Source of the DNA: Lingula anatina
Taxonomy: Eukaryota > Animalia > Brachiopoda
Assembly (NCBI GenBank): GCA_051362555.1
Contig: CM120648.1
Location: 18,968,587-19,032,586 of the forward strand
DNA: 64,000 bases
Direction of reading: 5' to 3'
The notes under the pieces are model-generated. The model was not told where the DNA came from, did not search any database, and worked only from the letters and a program-made list of their open reading frames with translations. Positions 42,794-55,141 of the stretch are shown here, piece after piece. Both the position numbers and the translations under genes were made by a program. The number at the start of each line of letters is the position of its first letter. Position 1 is the first letter of the stretch.

Positions 42794-45571
42794 GGGGTGT
42801 GTCAATGAAATAGAACACGCCCGTTTAAAATTTGTTGAACAGACGCAACTGACATTAATACGCTGTATGACGGACAGTAAGATGGGAGTAGCAAACGCGA
42901 CGAAGTTGAATTCTAATTGGATAGAATTAAGATATATTCATAAAGAGACTATCTTAAAGTGATGTCATTAAACTTTTTATGGAAAATATTAAAAGATCCT
43001 CTTCAATGTCAATGCCATTGACGTTTGTTTTTTAAACATGTACGCTAAGTCTTTTCTAGGACAATACTATTAGGAGTTCAACGGCGATATGGTTGTCCCT
43101 CATTTTCCCTCGGAATCCGTAAAAGATTCACGTAAGTAAGTGTGAGTATTGATTAAAGAAATAATTTGAATTGGTTGTAGACTCGTTATAAAATTTGTTT
43201 GGTGAATATATTTTGTATGTCTTTTATTTCCCGATACCTGCTAATTTAGATAAATGTAAACATTATCCATCTTTTGATACGTCTAATGTTTATTAAGTAA
43301 ATTCATTTCCGTTTACATTTTATGCATCTATTGACCTTAAGAATTTTACAGGTTGCGGAATGTTTGAAGAGATGCCAACAGCTGAGATATCTCACTTCAC
43401 TGTTGAAAAATTCGTGACAAGACGGAGAACTGCATTTGAAAATATTTTTTCTGTTGACTTGAACAAAAATGTTGCACTAATCAATATTGATAAAATAGTT
43501 TATTTTTCCAGGTTAGCCAGGCAGCGAATGAATTTTTCGTTGTTCGCCTACTCTTGTAATTTTAATATCCATCATAACGAGTTTTTAATTTTCTTTTACA
43601 GGATACGACACTTAAATGGCATTCACTTTAATTTCAGGCAATACTAATTATTATTGCACCTTTTTTTCGGTTTAGGACTCTTGGACTTACAGTCTGCGTA
43701 ATTTCAGATGATGAATCATAATTCTTTTCATAAGAATACCCCTTCTGTTTCGCCCACTACCCCCTTGCAATGTCAAACATCATTGACAGTGCGCATGCAC
43801 CTTTGAAGGTGACAAGCAAATGTTAAGATTATGATTAATCTACGTTATTGGAAGTCCCTTCAATAAAATTATGTTTTCGGGTTGCGAAGAGTAAAATTGG
43901 AGAATAGTTTGAACTTTCTCGACAAATTGCCTTAATTAAAGTCCTAATCACTGGCATTTCGACGATCTTCTTAAAATGATCTTGTCAGTTGATAATGTGG
44001 TTATATTGGCAATCAAAAGATCGAGTGGAACAAATGATTTAATGAGAATAAATGATGCAAGGATAAATGACCTTATGTGAATTATATTTGATATATTGTG
44101 AGGAATAAAATGATTCATATGTGACATATATCAATGTGGTTATGGATAACTGAATATGTGGAGTTGAGGTATAAAAGTGTGCGCATGACGTCATATAAAT
44201 ACTAAAATCTGGGACGCCAGATAAATATTAGCATCTGGGACGCCAGATTGCGTTATTATTATTTTTATTATTAGCATAAGTATTATTGTTGGAAAAATTA
44301 TCGTATTATTAGCATGGTTCCATATATGTTTTATTGTTATCATAGTCTTTTGGATGGATAATACTATGGCAAGTTAAAATCTTGCCTGTTAAATGTGACT
44401 GTATTCAAGTTTGATGATGATTGTTATAATATACGTAGTTAAGTTTTTCTTGACATGCATTTCTGCTTCATTCATTTTGGATATATTCGTAAACGCTGGA
44501 CATAGACATTCGTGGATATAAAGGAAACTGTGAACATTTATCTACACGTATGCCAACGTGCGCGAATAAGACGTTTATCCATATACAATGAGTGGCAGAT
44601 GACAATCGCTATGCACTGTCTAGAAGGACGGATTTGACATTATATGATAACTGAACTTTCGTGCTAAAATTCAAAAATGGAGGATATAACGGGCTATACC
44701 AAATGGAACTTTTCATTTGAGTGGATATGAACTTTAAATTTTAGAGTTAACTTTGATTTATATGTTATTGCATGTGGTTATAATGACACATTAAGTATTG
44801 TGTGTTGAATAATAAATACGTTTAGTATTTATAATATATCTATATTCCGTTTGTCGGTCTTATAATTATTAGTTATTGATATTTAACTATACAGTTATTG
44901 GTACAGGAACAGTGTACTTAACTTTTATAAAGATAGAGACGTGAAACTAATGATATGCATTATGGAAGATTCTTACTTAATTATTTTTCGGTATGTTTTT
45001 TTTGTTCAATCGTGGATTGGGTTTGATATAAAACGATTGTTTCTCTTATAGCCATCAAAAGAGAGCGCTACAGTGTGGACAAATATGAAGATGAACGGGT
45101 ACTTCATCATGAACGATGCGCTGGTCACACCGTTGTGGTGAATGCTGCTCATTAGACAGGGAAGGTACCGCCCAATTGTCTCACTTGGTGCATTCCTACT
45201 AAATCTAAAATGACAACCAAGAAAAAGAGAGAAACCGTAGAAAATGTGTCAAAGCCATAATAAGAGAGTAACAGATTTAAACATCCGCGCGGAGAAAACA
45301 AATAAAAATATCTGTGCTCTTGGGCCGCACATTGGAAGGTGTAAATGCCATTACGAAATATATCCACGAACATTTGTATTTTCATAAAAATTTATCAATC
45401 TATCTTCCTTTAAGTTATATTTGGGGTTTCATGTCAATTGTATTTCTATCTTATCGTAGGTTTATAATACAAAATCTATGTACTTAGTTTTGTTTTGCTT
45501 GAATTTATGATAATAGACAAATGCAGTGTTTAAGAAAGTTTATTTTTAATTAAGGAATATTTTAATTTTAA

Positions 45572-45609
45572 ATATGCCTGGGGACAGGCATATCGTCCCC
45601 GGGAGATAA
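45572..45609 (+). promoter_or_regulatory. Hairpin/pseudoknot and short polypurine tract before the 3' LTR
   Basis: ATATGCCTG-GGGA-CAGGCATAT stem; GGGGAC can pair with downstream GTCCCC; GGGAGATAA abuts the LTR. Confidence 0.65.
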
Positions 45610-45867
45610 TGTAACGTTAGTAAGTGACAGCATGCAGCGAATAAGAGCGGGGAGTGTTTTGTAGTGTCACTTTAGTTGATTGACACGGCCTTATTGTACT
45701 TAAGCGAAGAATGTAATGTAGACGGGGAGAACGATGTAAGAGGTTGAACGATGAGGAACAAACTGTAGATAGCGTAGTTAGAAAGCGATAATAAAGAATA
45801 TGGGAAAACATGGAATTGTTTAGTTATTACCTCGCGCCACCAAGACAAAGTCAGTAACGTCGTCACA
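45610..45867 (+). repeat. 3' LTR (258 bp)
   Basis: Matches 36998-37255. Confidence 0.97.
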
Positions 45868-46933
45868 CAGGAAAACCAAGCTGGCTTCCGAGCCAACTAT
45901 TCTACCATTGATCACATATTTACATTAAATACACTATAGACCTTTCAGTTGCATCAAAAAAGAAATTACCCCTGTATATTGTGCTTTCATAGATCTAAAA
46001 GCAGCTTTTGATAAAATATGGAGGGCAGGGTTATGGGGGAAGCTAATGAACCACAATGTAAATGGAAAATGTCTGAACGTTATTGTAAACATGTATAATG
46101 GCTGTAAATCTAGAATATCTTTAAATGGTATGTTATCGGAATATTTCCCATGCAAAACAGGAGTACGACAGGGCGAAAACCTATCACCCTTCTTATTCTC
46201 AGTATTTCTAAATGATCTTGAAGAATTTCTAAAGCAAAAAGATGTCACAGGCTTATCACATGTAACAGATGAACTAGAACATGAACTACACATATTAATG
46301 CAAAAAATGATCATACTATATGCAGATGATACGGTTCTCCTAGCAGATTCAAAAGAAAACCTACAATATCAACTTTATTGCTACTCCACCTACTGTCAGA
46401 TATGGAAGTTAGAAGTAAATGTAGAAAAGACAAAAATCATGATAGTTTCTAAGGGCCGCACCCAAAAGAATATAAAATTTACTTTTAATAACCAAAATGT
46501 AGAAATAGTTAATTGTTTCAAGTACTTAGGAGTTTATTTCTCTAAAACGGGATCATTTTCAGAAACAAAAAAGTATTCAGCAAAGAAAGCAACTAAAGCT
46601 ATGTATGGGATATTTAAGAAAGCAAGGCATCTAAATCTAAGCATTGTTGATCGGCTATATCTCTTTGATAAGATTATTGTTCCGATTTTATTATATGGAT
46701 GTGAAGTATGGGGATTTGGTAATTTAGAAATCATAGAACAGGTGCACTTGAAATTTTGTAGATATCTATTAAATCTAAAAACCAGCACTCCCAAGATAAT
46801 GATATATGGGGAATTAGGTAGAATGCCATTAAGTATTATTATAAAAGGAAGAATTGTATCATTCTGGAAAAACTTGCTCACAGGTAAACAAAGTAAATTT
46901 TCATATATATTGTATAAACTCGTTTATAACAAA

Positions 46934-49514
46934 GGATGAGTGCGAATAACCATTGGCAAAGTGCCCATCTTCAGAATTTAAAAATAATTTGCTATTATAA
47001 AGGTTATGCATATATTTGTTGCATGGAAAAATATTATTTGGTTTGAGGCATTGTAACTTAGTATTTTAATGAGTTATATGTGGGGGGGGGGGAGCTGGAT
47101 TTACCTGTTGTATGCAGTCTAATGAATCAGAGCAACTTGTTTCAGCATTTACATGTTACAAAAACGATTTTTTTCTAATGAAACTTGTCTTGTGATGTAA
47201 AAAAGAGTTATATGTTAAATAATTGTGGTGTGGCAGAAGTAAATGGGAAAGTAATTATTGTTTCTTTTATTCTAGATAAAAGAGGGAGGGATGGTATATT
47301 ACGGTATTTTCTCACAGAAGCCATCACTGAATTTACTTAACTGTATAAAAGTCTTGTTACTAGAAAAACTTGTTTCAGCGTATTTATTAATTTTATATAA
47401 CTTTTCTCACAGACCAGCATTTGTTGGTCTAAATAATTGTATTTTTAACCAATACACATTTCTAAGGAATAGTAAAAAATGCTAAAAGCAAAAGGCTATT
47501 ACAGTAACAACAAAAAAATGTGTAAAAGCACTCTAAACAGCTATTTGGAATGTTTCCATAAACCATAAAATAAACATGGTATAAATTGCACCAAAATAAT
47601 GATAAGGTATAACTAAAAACTAAATGAAAATATAGTACACATAATAACAGTTATGGCCAATAATCTGTATGACAATGAAATTAAATCACCTAAAAAGTAC
47701 TTCATATATGATTATGTAATGATAAAGACCTTGTATAGAATGCAATTCAAGAGTTATTTTATACAAAATATACAAATATGAGTATTAAAAATGTATAATG
47801 AAACAATAGATAATTAATTAGATGTGCTGTCCGAAACACATTTTGTCTTGCTAATACTGTCACCACTTGATGTTGGTAAATGTGAGGTATCCAAACAGCC
47901 TTCTCCACAACATAATTTTCGATTGTATCCCTGCCTCATGTCAAACCCCATATACCACAGGACTGAAGCGATATGTGCACAGCTTCCAACTGTCTATGAA
48001 CCAGCTTTACACTGTCAGTACCCGCCACTGATGGGTCTAGTTTTGCTATGGGAGGTCTGAATCCATATTGTGTACTGGTGGCTATAGATGTGTGTCTTAA
48101 TTAACTATTTTGGATCTGATTAAATCAGGTGCATTCTTGCATACACTGATTTCAAACTGGCCATCTAGCAAATGCTCATCAGTATATTGGCTAGCTTGCT
48201 TTATCTGGTAAGCTTCTGGTAATTATTATAGGCTGTTGGTCTCTTGTATGGACTATTTACCAAGTCAATAGGTTTTCACTGACAAATAAAGCCATTCATA
48301 GCATTTTGGTGAAAAAAAAGAAGAAAAAAAACTCTGCAAAGCTATTATGAATAGTGCTGGTGTGGAAGATTAGGTCATAAGTAAGAAAACTAGGGTGTGT
48401 GTGATGGAGCCTTTTATTTTACTTTTTATGCAAAATAGACATGAAAGAGGACATTTACACAACAATTTTGGTTGTACAAAATGTACTTTCATGCCCATTA
48501 GAGGGGGTTGGGTCATGCCACCCTTATGTGTAGAGGTCTATTACAGCATGCATGGGTCTCTATATAAAGTAGGAGCCACCACAATGTACATCTGCTATTA
48601 TGATAATTAATATAACTTTGAATATCTGAAACACATTTTACATTTAATCTTTCTTTATCCTAAGAAATAAGAATGAAAGTAAGATATACTTACTGTATTT
48701 GGACTCGATTTCCTATCCATATTTCCTTTTTTTTTGATGATAGCATGCATTACATATATGAAAATGACTTTTTTTGGTTGTAATTGAAAATATTTTACTG
48801 ACTCTAACCCCTATTTTCCTTTCAAAGACCTACATTTTATTTTGGGTTGTTCTTTTTGTACAAAAGTTTCACTGTATCTGCCTAGCCACCCTAAGTAAGC
48901 ATGTGGCAGCTACCTCATGGCAGGAATAAACATGGCCGCCTGCTAGCATATGGACTGAAAATGTCCCTATTTAGTTTGAGTACATATCGAGCCCAACCCT
49001 CAGACAAGCTGATTTTCACATATATCTCACCTTATATTCATATCTTTTCAACCATGGATAATAAGCTTGTCTGAGGCAGGGGCTCATATAAAAAATGAAC
49101 ATCTTTTATCCTCAAGTCACTGTAAGATTCTTCTTTCAATTAGCACTACATGTATAAATAAAGCAATCAAAATATTGATCACAAACAATGATTGGCCACA
49201 TGTTGCCTTACTTTTTTACATGGGCACCTTCTGTACCCAATTACAAAATTTCACAGTTGTCACCTTACTGTAGCTAAAGATACGTAGCATTGCAATTCAG
49301 ACCCCCCCTAAAACACACATTTTCATGAATATCTGACAAGGTCATTTTGACATTAATTTTTCATATTTCAAATTCAATAAAAATAATTTTTTTAAGTGGA
49401 TCATAAAAGTGTAAGACCCCAACTTTAATTTGGCATCAATTTTTTTCCATTCATTCACTATTTATTTTTCATGTACAAAAGTGGGCACTTTTACCCCCTT
49501 ATTCGCACTCATCC
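46934..49514 (-). mobile_element. Degenerate TIR DNA transposon inserted at AAA|TTT without TSD (Spy-like, PIF/Harbinger-ISL2EU-Spy group); transposase remnant with SWIM finger at ~48230-47930
   Basis: TIR GGATGAGTGCGAATAA...AAAGTGCCCA at both ends. Minus strand reads YQIKQASQYTDEHLLDG...YTIWIQ...GY*QCKAGS*TVGSCAHIASVLWYMG. The host LINE frame is restored exactly on removal. Confidence 0.85.
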
Positions 49515-52500
49515 TTTATGCAGGGATGTGAATGTAAGTGGATGGGAAATCTGAAATCCATTCTGGATAACTGTGGTTTAAGTAATATATTTAGCACACA
49601 GGACTTCTGTAACAAGGAATGGCTTATAAATTGTGTTAAACAGAAATTGCAGGATCAGTATATACAAGAATGGAATTCAGATTGTAACAACTCTAGTAAA
49701 GGGTTAAGCTATAGTATTTTCACAAACTCAGAGTTTAAATGCAGGAATTATATACTTTCTACTTTATGTACACACAAAATAATTACAATAGCTAGATTCA
49801 GAACAACAAATCATAGATTACCAATTGAAACGGGCAGATGGAAAAAAATACCTAGAAATTTGAGATTATGCAACTTGTGTAAAAATGAAATAGGGGATGA
49901 ATTTCATTATGCCTTTGAAGAATCCTTTTTTGCAGAAAGTCGAAACTTATATATTCCAAAAAAAGCATGTATTAGACCGAATGTAATTAAAATGTATGAA
50001 ATATTTTCAACGAAAAATAAGAAAAAACTGAATAATTTGTACAAATTCATTAGTATTGTGAATAAGGGGGTCAAGCCTTCAGGTTGATGTATATATATAT
50101 ATGCTCTCTAAACTGTAAATGTACAGTAAATGAGAATAAACTATTCTATTCTATTCTATTCTATTCTATTCTATTCTATATTGCTGACACATATGACGGG
50201 TAGATTTTCAAGCTTACTGAATATATTGAACCGGTACCGTTTAACTCTCAAGCACGCGTACAAAAGTGAAATGGTGGAAACTTGCTGTGCACCAGGTGAC
50301 ACTACCAACACATTAATAAAATCTTATGGTATTTGTTAAATTTCAAAGATCAACGGAAAAGTAAACGACTGTTGCAGGCTATAGGTCGTGCAAACGTGAC
50401 TAAAGACGGGATTGTTGATCGAAACAAAATTTTGACGTATGTGTGTATAGTTCATTTTATTATAGATAAGGAGAAAGTCATTGTACCTTGTTTGGAATTT
50501 ATGTTTGTCATTTGTTACATGAATAAATAAGTAGTATTTGCAAGGAATTGAGATTGCATCTTGTGCTGGCGTGTGTGACGGTATATCAATTCGTTTAGTT
50601 AAAATTAATGGACTAAAACGTCGGACTCTTTTGTTGTAAGTTCATTGAGGGCTTTATAAAGATAAGATAAGAAAAAAATAAACGTCAATATATTGACAAA
50701 CCCGTGAGTTAATGTCTAAATCTTTAAGTATTCAAGTAAAATATAAAAAAGTTGTCATAAATAAAGCAACCTTAACTGGTAAAATAACATACAGCTTTAT
50801 TACCGTATTTGCTATTCAATTTAATTTTAATTCTGTCTTCCATATATTTTGCCAATTTTCGTACCATAAAAGTGCACAATAAGATTGTAAACACTCAAAG
50901 ACGCATAGCTGCAAAAATTAATACAGGTTACACCACGTGTCTTCTCTTCCAAAACGTTAGCAAGCAACTGTTTATGCTGTCCTTCCATGTACGGACCAAA
51001 GAGGCCATGGGACCGATGACATTGCCCCTATCACGTTCCCCTGGCTATTGCAGCAGCAGGTGATTTAATCACAATTTGTAGAAATCTTATTCTAATAACT
51101 TCTCAGTGTTGCACATTTTCGAGGCCTTTCTTACGATCCACGTTCTAAGAAGCCATTCCTATATCACCAACTTGTGTACATGTATATACTTAGGGTGGAC
51201 ATTTGCGTATGCAGTTAAGACCAATTTTATCCCGTAACAAGTTAAACAGTTGCTTATTACAAAGGCCTGCTAACTCAATAGTCCAGTTAAATTATTCAAC
51301 CCGCCAGACACAAAAGGTCAAGCACTGCCTTTGCATAATCTTCTGCTGTAAACTTCCCGATCACAGATAACGATTAGATCGACAGTTATGTTAAGGCCGA
51401 TTTTATCTCTTAACCAGGTGTGCAGCGGCTAATTACAAAGGCCTGTAAAAGAAATCGACCAGGTAAATAACTCATCCTTACTGACACAAGTGGTCAGGCA
51501 CTGTGAAGTATGATATCTTCGGACAAAGTTTGCCAACTTTTACATAGAAGTCAATGCGATCCGCCATGTTGCCCGATTTGTTTTACCCCAGATGCCGGTT
51601 GCTAAGGCGCGTGACGTCAGCCCGACTGTCCCTATAGCCAGAAACGTATTATTCTCATCTAAATCGTTAACTTTAGGCAACTAACCAGAAATATCCGAAA
51701 GGCTAACCTTTCTCGCTGATAACAATACATCCATGGTCTAATAATTTTACTTGCTGTCAAAAATATCCAACAATAAACACGAGCATAAAAATCCCGCACA
51801 CTACACTCTCTCCCCGAATGCGCATGCGTACAACTTTTCGTAGCGACTTACAACAAAACGATCGGACTTACGTGAAAAGTTACAATAATTTGTAAGTTAC
51901 AACCTTTCGAGAATACGGCCCCAGTTGTTAATAGATGGCGCAGCGAGTAGTTTTTAGAGGACATTGTGTTTTTGGTGAAAAGATGAAAAACCACCTTCGT
52001 CGGGGTTTACAATTGTATTTTTTATGGATTATGCGATATAGGCCTATTTCTATTATTTTCTTTTTACCTACACAGTTTGGTAAAATGCTTTTTCTCCTTG
52101 ATTATTTCGGTTTATAGAAATATAAATTTTAAAAAATTGTTTGAAAAAAATGAATGTAAATTTGAATTTTTACAAGTGTTAATTTCTATAAACATATACA
52201 GTAGGTTCAAGCTCTATTTAAATAAAAGAGAAAAATAACAGGAATAAAAGTTTAAGCAGAGTTTCGAATTGTTGATATCGAATATAAAAAAATAATGGGG
52301 GATATTTACTGGTCGTTGATGCTGTTTCCCCTCTCAAGCTCTGACTTAGCGTAGTGGAAACCAGATTTGAAGAGTGACAAGCCCCCGAGTGTCCAGACCC
52401 CGAGGCCCACGCTAAGGAGGCGAGGGCCATTCCCTAAAAACGCCCCCCCCCCCCCCAGCAAATAACCTGTATCGGTCCCTGCGTCCCCCCCCCCCCCTTC

Positions 52501-52816
52501 AATGAATCCTGGATCCGCGGGGAAGGGGGGCATGAATCTCTGTCAACTCCTGCCTTCGCTTTCTATAATGATCTCTTCACACATCTGGAACCAGTTACAT
52601 TTAGGTGAAAACGGCACAGCAGGCCAAGAAATCTTTTAAGTTAATAATTTTGATATTGTCATTTTTTCATTCTTACAAAGATTTTTAAAAATACTGTCTC
52701 CTAGACATATCTGTTAAATATATCCCGACTTTTCTTTTCTTTTTTAAATTATATAATCTTATATAGAAATGAAAAAATGAGTTCAGGAATTAAAGCCGAA
52801 AAGTTATTGAATGATC

Positions 52817-52847
<31 letters not shown>

Positions 52848-53344
52848 GTGTGTGTGTTTTGCCTTATAACTCCTACCTCCGCTTTCAAAAATAAACTCTC
52901 CAGCCGTGTGGTATACATTTGGGAGAAAAGGACACTACAGGTCAGGACATCTGGTACATTAATATTTTTGATACTTTTCTTTTTTCGCTTTTACAAAAAT
53001 TTGTAAAAATTGTATCTCCTCGACATACATGTATCTGTTAAATATCCCACTAAAATATCCCCAAGTTATATAATCTTATAGGCCTATAGAAATTAATTAA
53101 ATGATTACCCATGATATGATAGATTTTTGTAAGATACTGGGGGGGGGAGAGAGAGAGAAGCGGGGCGAAATTGTGCTGGAATTTTGGGTGAACTCGGACT
53201 GGCTGTGGTGTAAAAAAAATGGACATCGGACTCAGGTCGGACTTGAAGAACAAAACAAACAAGCACAAAACAAGCACGAACGTAATCTCCTCTCAACTCA
53301 TCTAACACACTCACGTGGTCAAATACACCCCAGGTCAGCCTCCA

Positions 53345-53548
53345 GCGGTCATGTAGATACTCCCCCGCACCGATAATCCCCCTTAGTAATTTTTTGTATA
53401 GGCCTAATGCGCATCGATGCGGCCCCACACCGATAGATCCCCGCAACGGTACATCCCCTCAGTAGGCCTATATCTGTAATTGTGGGGATATAGGCCTACC
53501 GGTGCGGGGGAGTATCGGTGCGGGGACGTATCGACAAGTAACCCGCCT
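53345..53548. mobile_element. MITE with CCCCGCACCG subterminal repeats; second copy at ~56368-56607
   Basis: GGTCATGTAGATACTCCCCCGCACCGATA is mirrored by TATCGGTGCGGGGACGTATCGACAAGTAACC. Confidence 0.7.
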
Positions 53549-53845
53549 GCCAGATAACATGCCACCAGTGGGTCACCTGCGGCTATAAACAGCAAACAGC
53601 CACTGGTGGACCACTGGTGTAGGGTCTACTGCTCGTGGTTAGCTGGTGGCAGATTGCCGTTGGTAATGTAGCTGGTGACCGGTCCACCGGTGACCCATTC
53701 GCGATTTTCTCATCGTAATTGTTAAGTGTAGCTTTTTTTTTTTTCAAATACGCGTATGCGTATTGTAATAACGTCACCTCACTTCGGCGGAAGTGTTTTT
53801 TTACCTTTGTTCACTCATTTGGGAGTGCGCAATTTCCTAGCATTT

Positions 53846-53984
53846 CATTGGCCTATAAAATTTACGTGACGTAGACTTACTGCACGCGACGGCTGCACGT
53901 GACGTCTGCGTCGATCACTCTACTCCGCCTGACTGCTGCCACTGGGCTTTGATTTCACTATATTTCATGCAAAATAGGTAAGCC
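53846..53984 (+). promoter_or_regulatory. Putative Pol II promoter and first exon of the DUF4806 gene; duplicated at ~56976-57114
   Basis: ATTGG (reverse CCAAT), TATAAAA, TGACGT/CACGTG motifs in a CpG-rich patch, followed by the donor AG|GTAAGC. Confidence 0.4.
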
Positions 53985-54496
53985 TAATAATATTTAAATA
54001 CACTGATTGCCAGATCTTTTCAATGTAGGCCTACATGTAGGAAAAATGTTGATTTATAAAACAGCTTTTTAAAAAATAAATTCTGGAAATTAGTACATTG
54101 TTATTGAGTGGAAGAAACAAATCGCGAAAGCTCCACCTAGGCCTACTATAGCCCTATGAGATATAGGTATGAAAAAAATTGATTATAAGATTCGTCTTTT
54201 GTATTTGAAAGTTTGGTATTTTTGCCACTTGAAAAGATCGAGTCAATTAAAAGGTATACATTTTCAAAGTGTATATATTTTTAAAAAATAAAAATGTAGT
54301 TAATCAATGTGTTATGAAGGGTTTTCTGTGGCTTTTATTTACGTAAATTTCATTTTGATAACAATTAAAATGGAAAAGACCCATAATAGATTTATGAATT
54401 ACATTGATAACAATTGGAAAAAGTAAAGTTTGCATGCATCTTAAAATAAACCTTGGAATATTACCAGTGAACATTGGCCCTTTTTCTTATGTGGTC

Positions 54497-54653
54497 TACC
54501 CTGAGTGTCAGAGCAACGTAAAAACTAGCTTGCTAAATATCCCTACCTTGTAGTGGAGTCGCTTTTACTAGTACCTGGTATTACTACTATGGGTTAGGCC
54601 TATATATGAAATCAAGATCGAGCTGGCAATACCGGAATCTAGAACCTAGGGTA
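54497..54653. mobile_element. 157-bp hAT-like MITE with 8-bp TSD (ATGTGGTC)
   Basis: TACCCT...AGGGTA termini; absent from the paralogous site in copy 2 (~57620). Confidence 0.8.
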
Positions 54654-55073
54654 ATGTGGTCCCACCTAGCGGAATATTATTATTAAAATATCGGCAAAAC
54701 GTCTGACATATGTAGGCCTACAATGACTTGAAAACTGCGCTGCACTCCAACGAGACAGATGCGGCTAATTGCTCATTCAATTTGGTAGTTGTGCCGCCAC
54801 CTTTATTTCTTATTTCAATTTATTAAACCCTTGACCCCAACGGCTCATCAGAATGGAATACAGTGACAATATAAAGTCACATCAACGAACTACCACAACA
54901 ACAAAAACTACTACTGATACAAATAATAATAATAATAACAATAATTCATTATACTGACGCTAATCTTAGCTCCGATGCACATTGTAGGTATTTCCCGAAG
55001 TTGTTTAATTGTGAGACATTGTTAAGTGATAATAATTTAATTAGTTTGAAGACTGCGAGCTTTTTGACCTTTT

Positions 55074-55141
<68 letters not shown>

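Larger units (their letters stand above)
36998..45867 (+). mobile_element. Full-length Ty3/Gypsy LTR retrotransposon with chromodomain integrase; 4-bp TSD CAGG
   Basis: Two 258-bp TG...CA LTRs, PBS, gag, PR-RT-RH-IN order; CAGG at 36994-36997 and 45868-45871. Confidence 0.97.
36735..50180 (+). mobile_element. 5'-truncated CR1/L2-group LINE in three pieces: 36735-36997, 45872-46933 and 49515-50180, ending in a (TATTC)n tail
   Basis: PKNYRPITLLS...LLQ|ENQAGFR...DLKAAFD...GVRQGENLSP...YADD...KYLG...LVYNK|FMQG...HRLPIETGRW...CNLC...DEFH. The pieces join in frame across both insertions; AATAAA and (CTATT)n lie at 50135-50180. Confidence 0.92.

Noticed and set aside
50930-51065. GC-richer minus-strand stretch as a missing SDR 5' exon
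   Set aside because: No convincing SDR motif (TGxxxGIG) or compatible splice sites.
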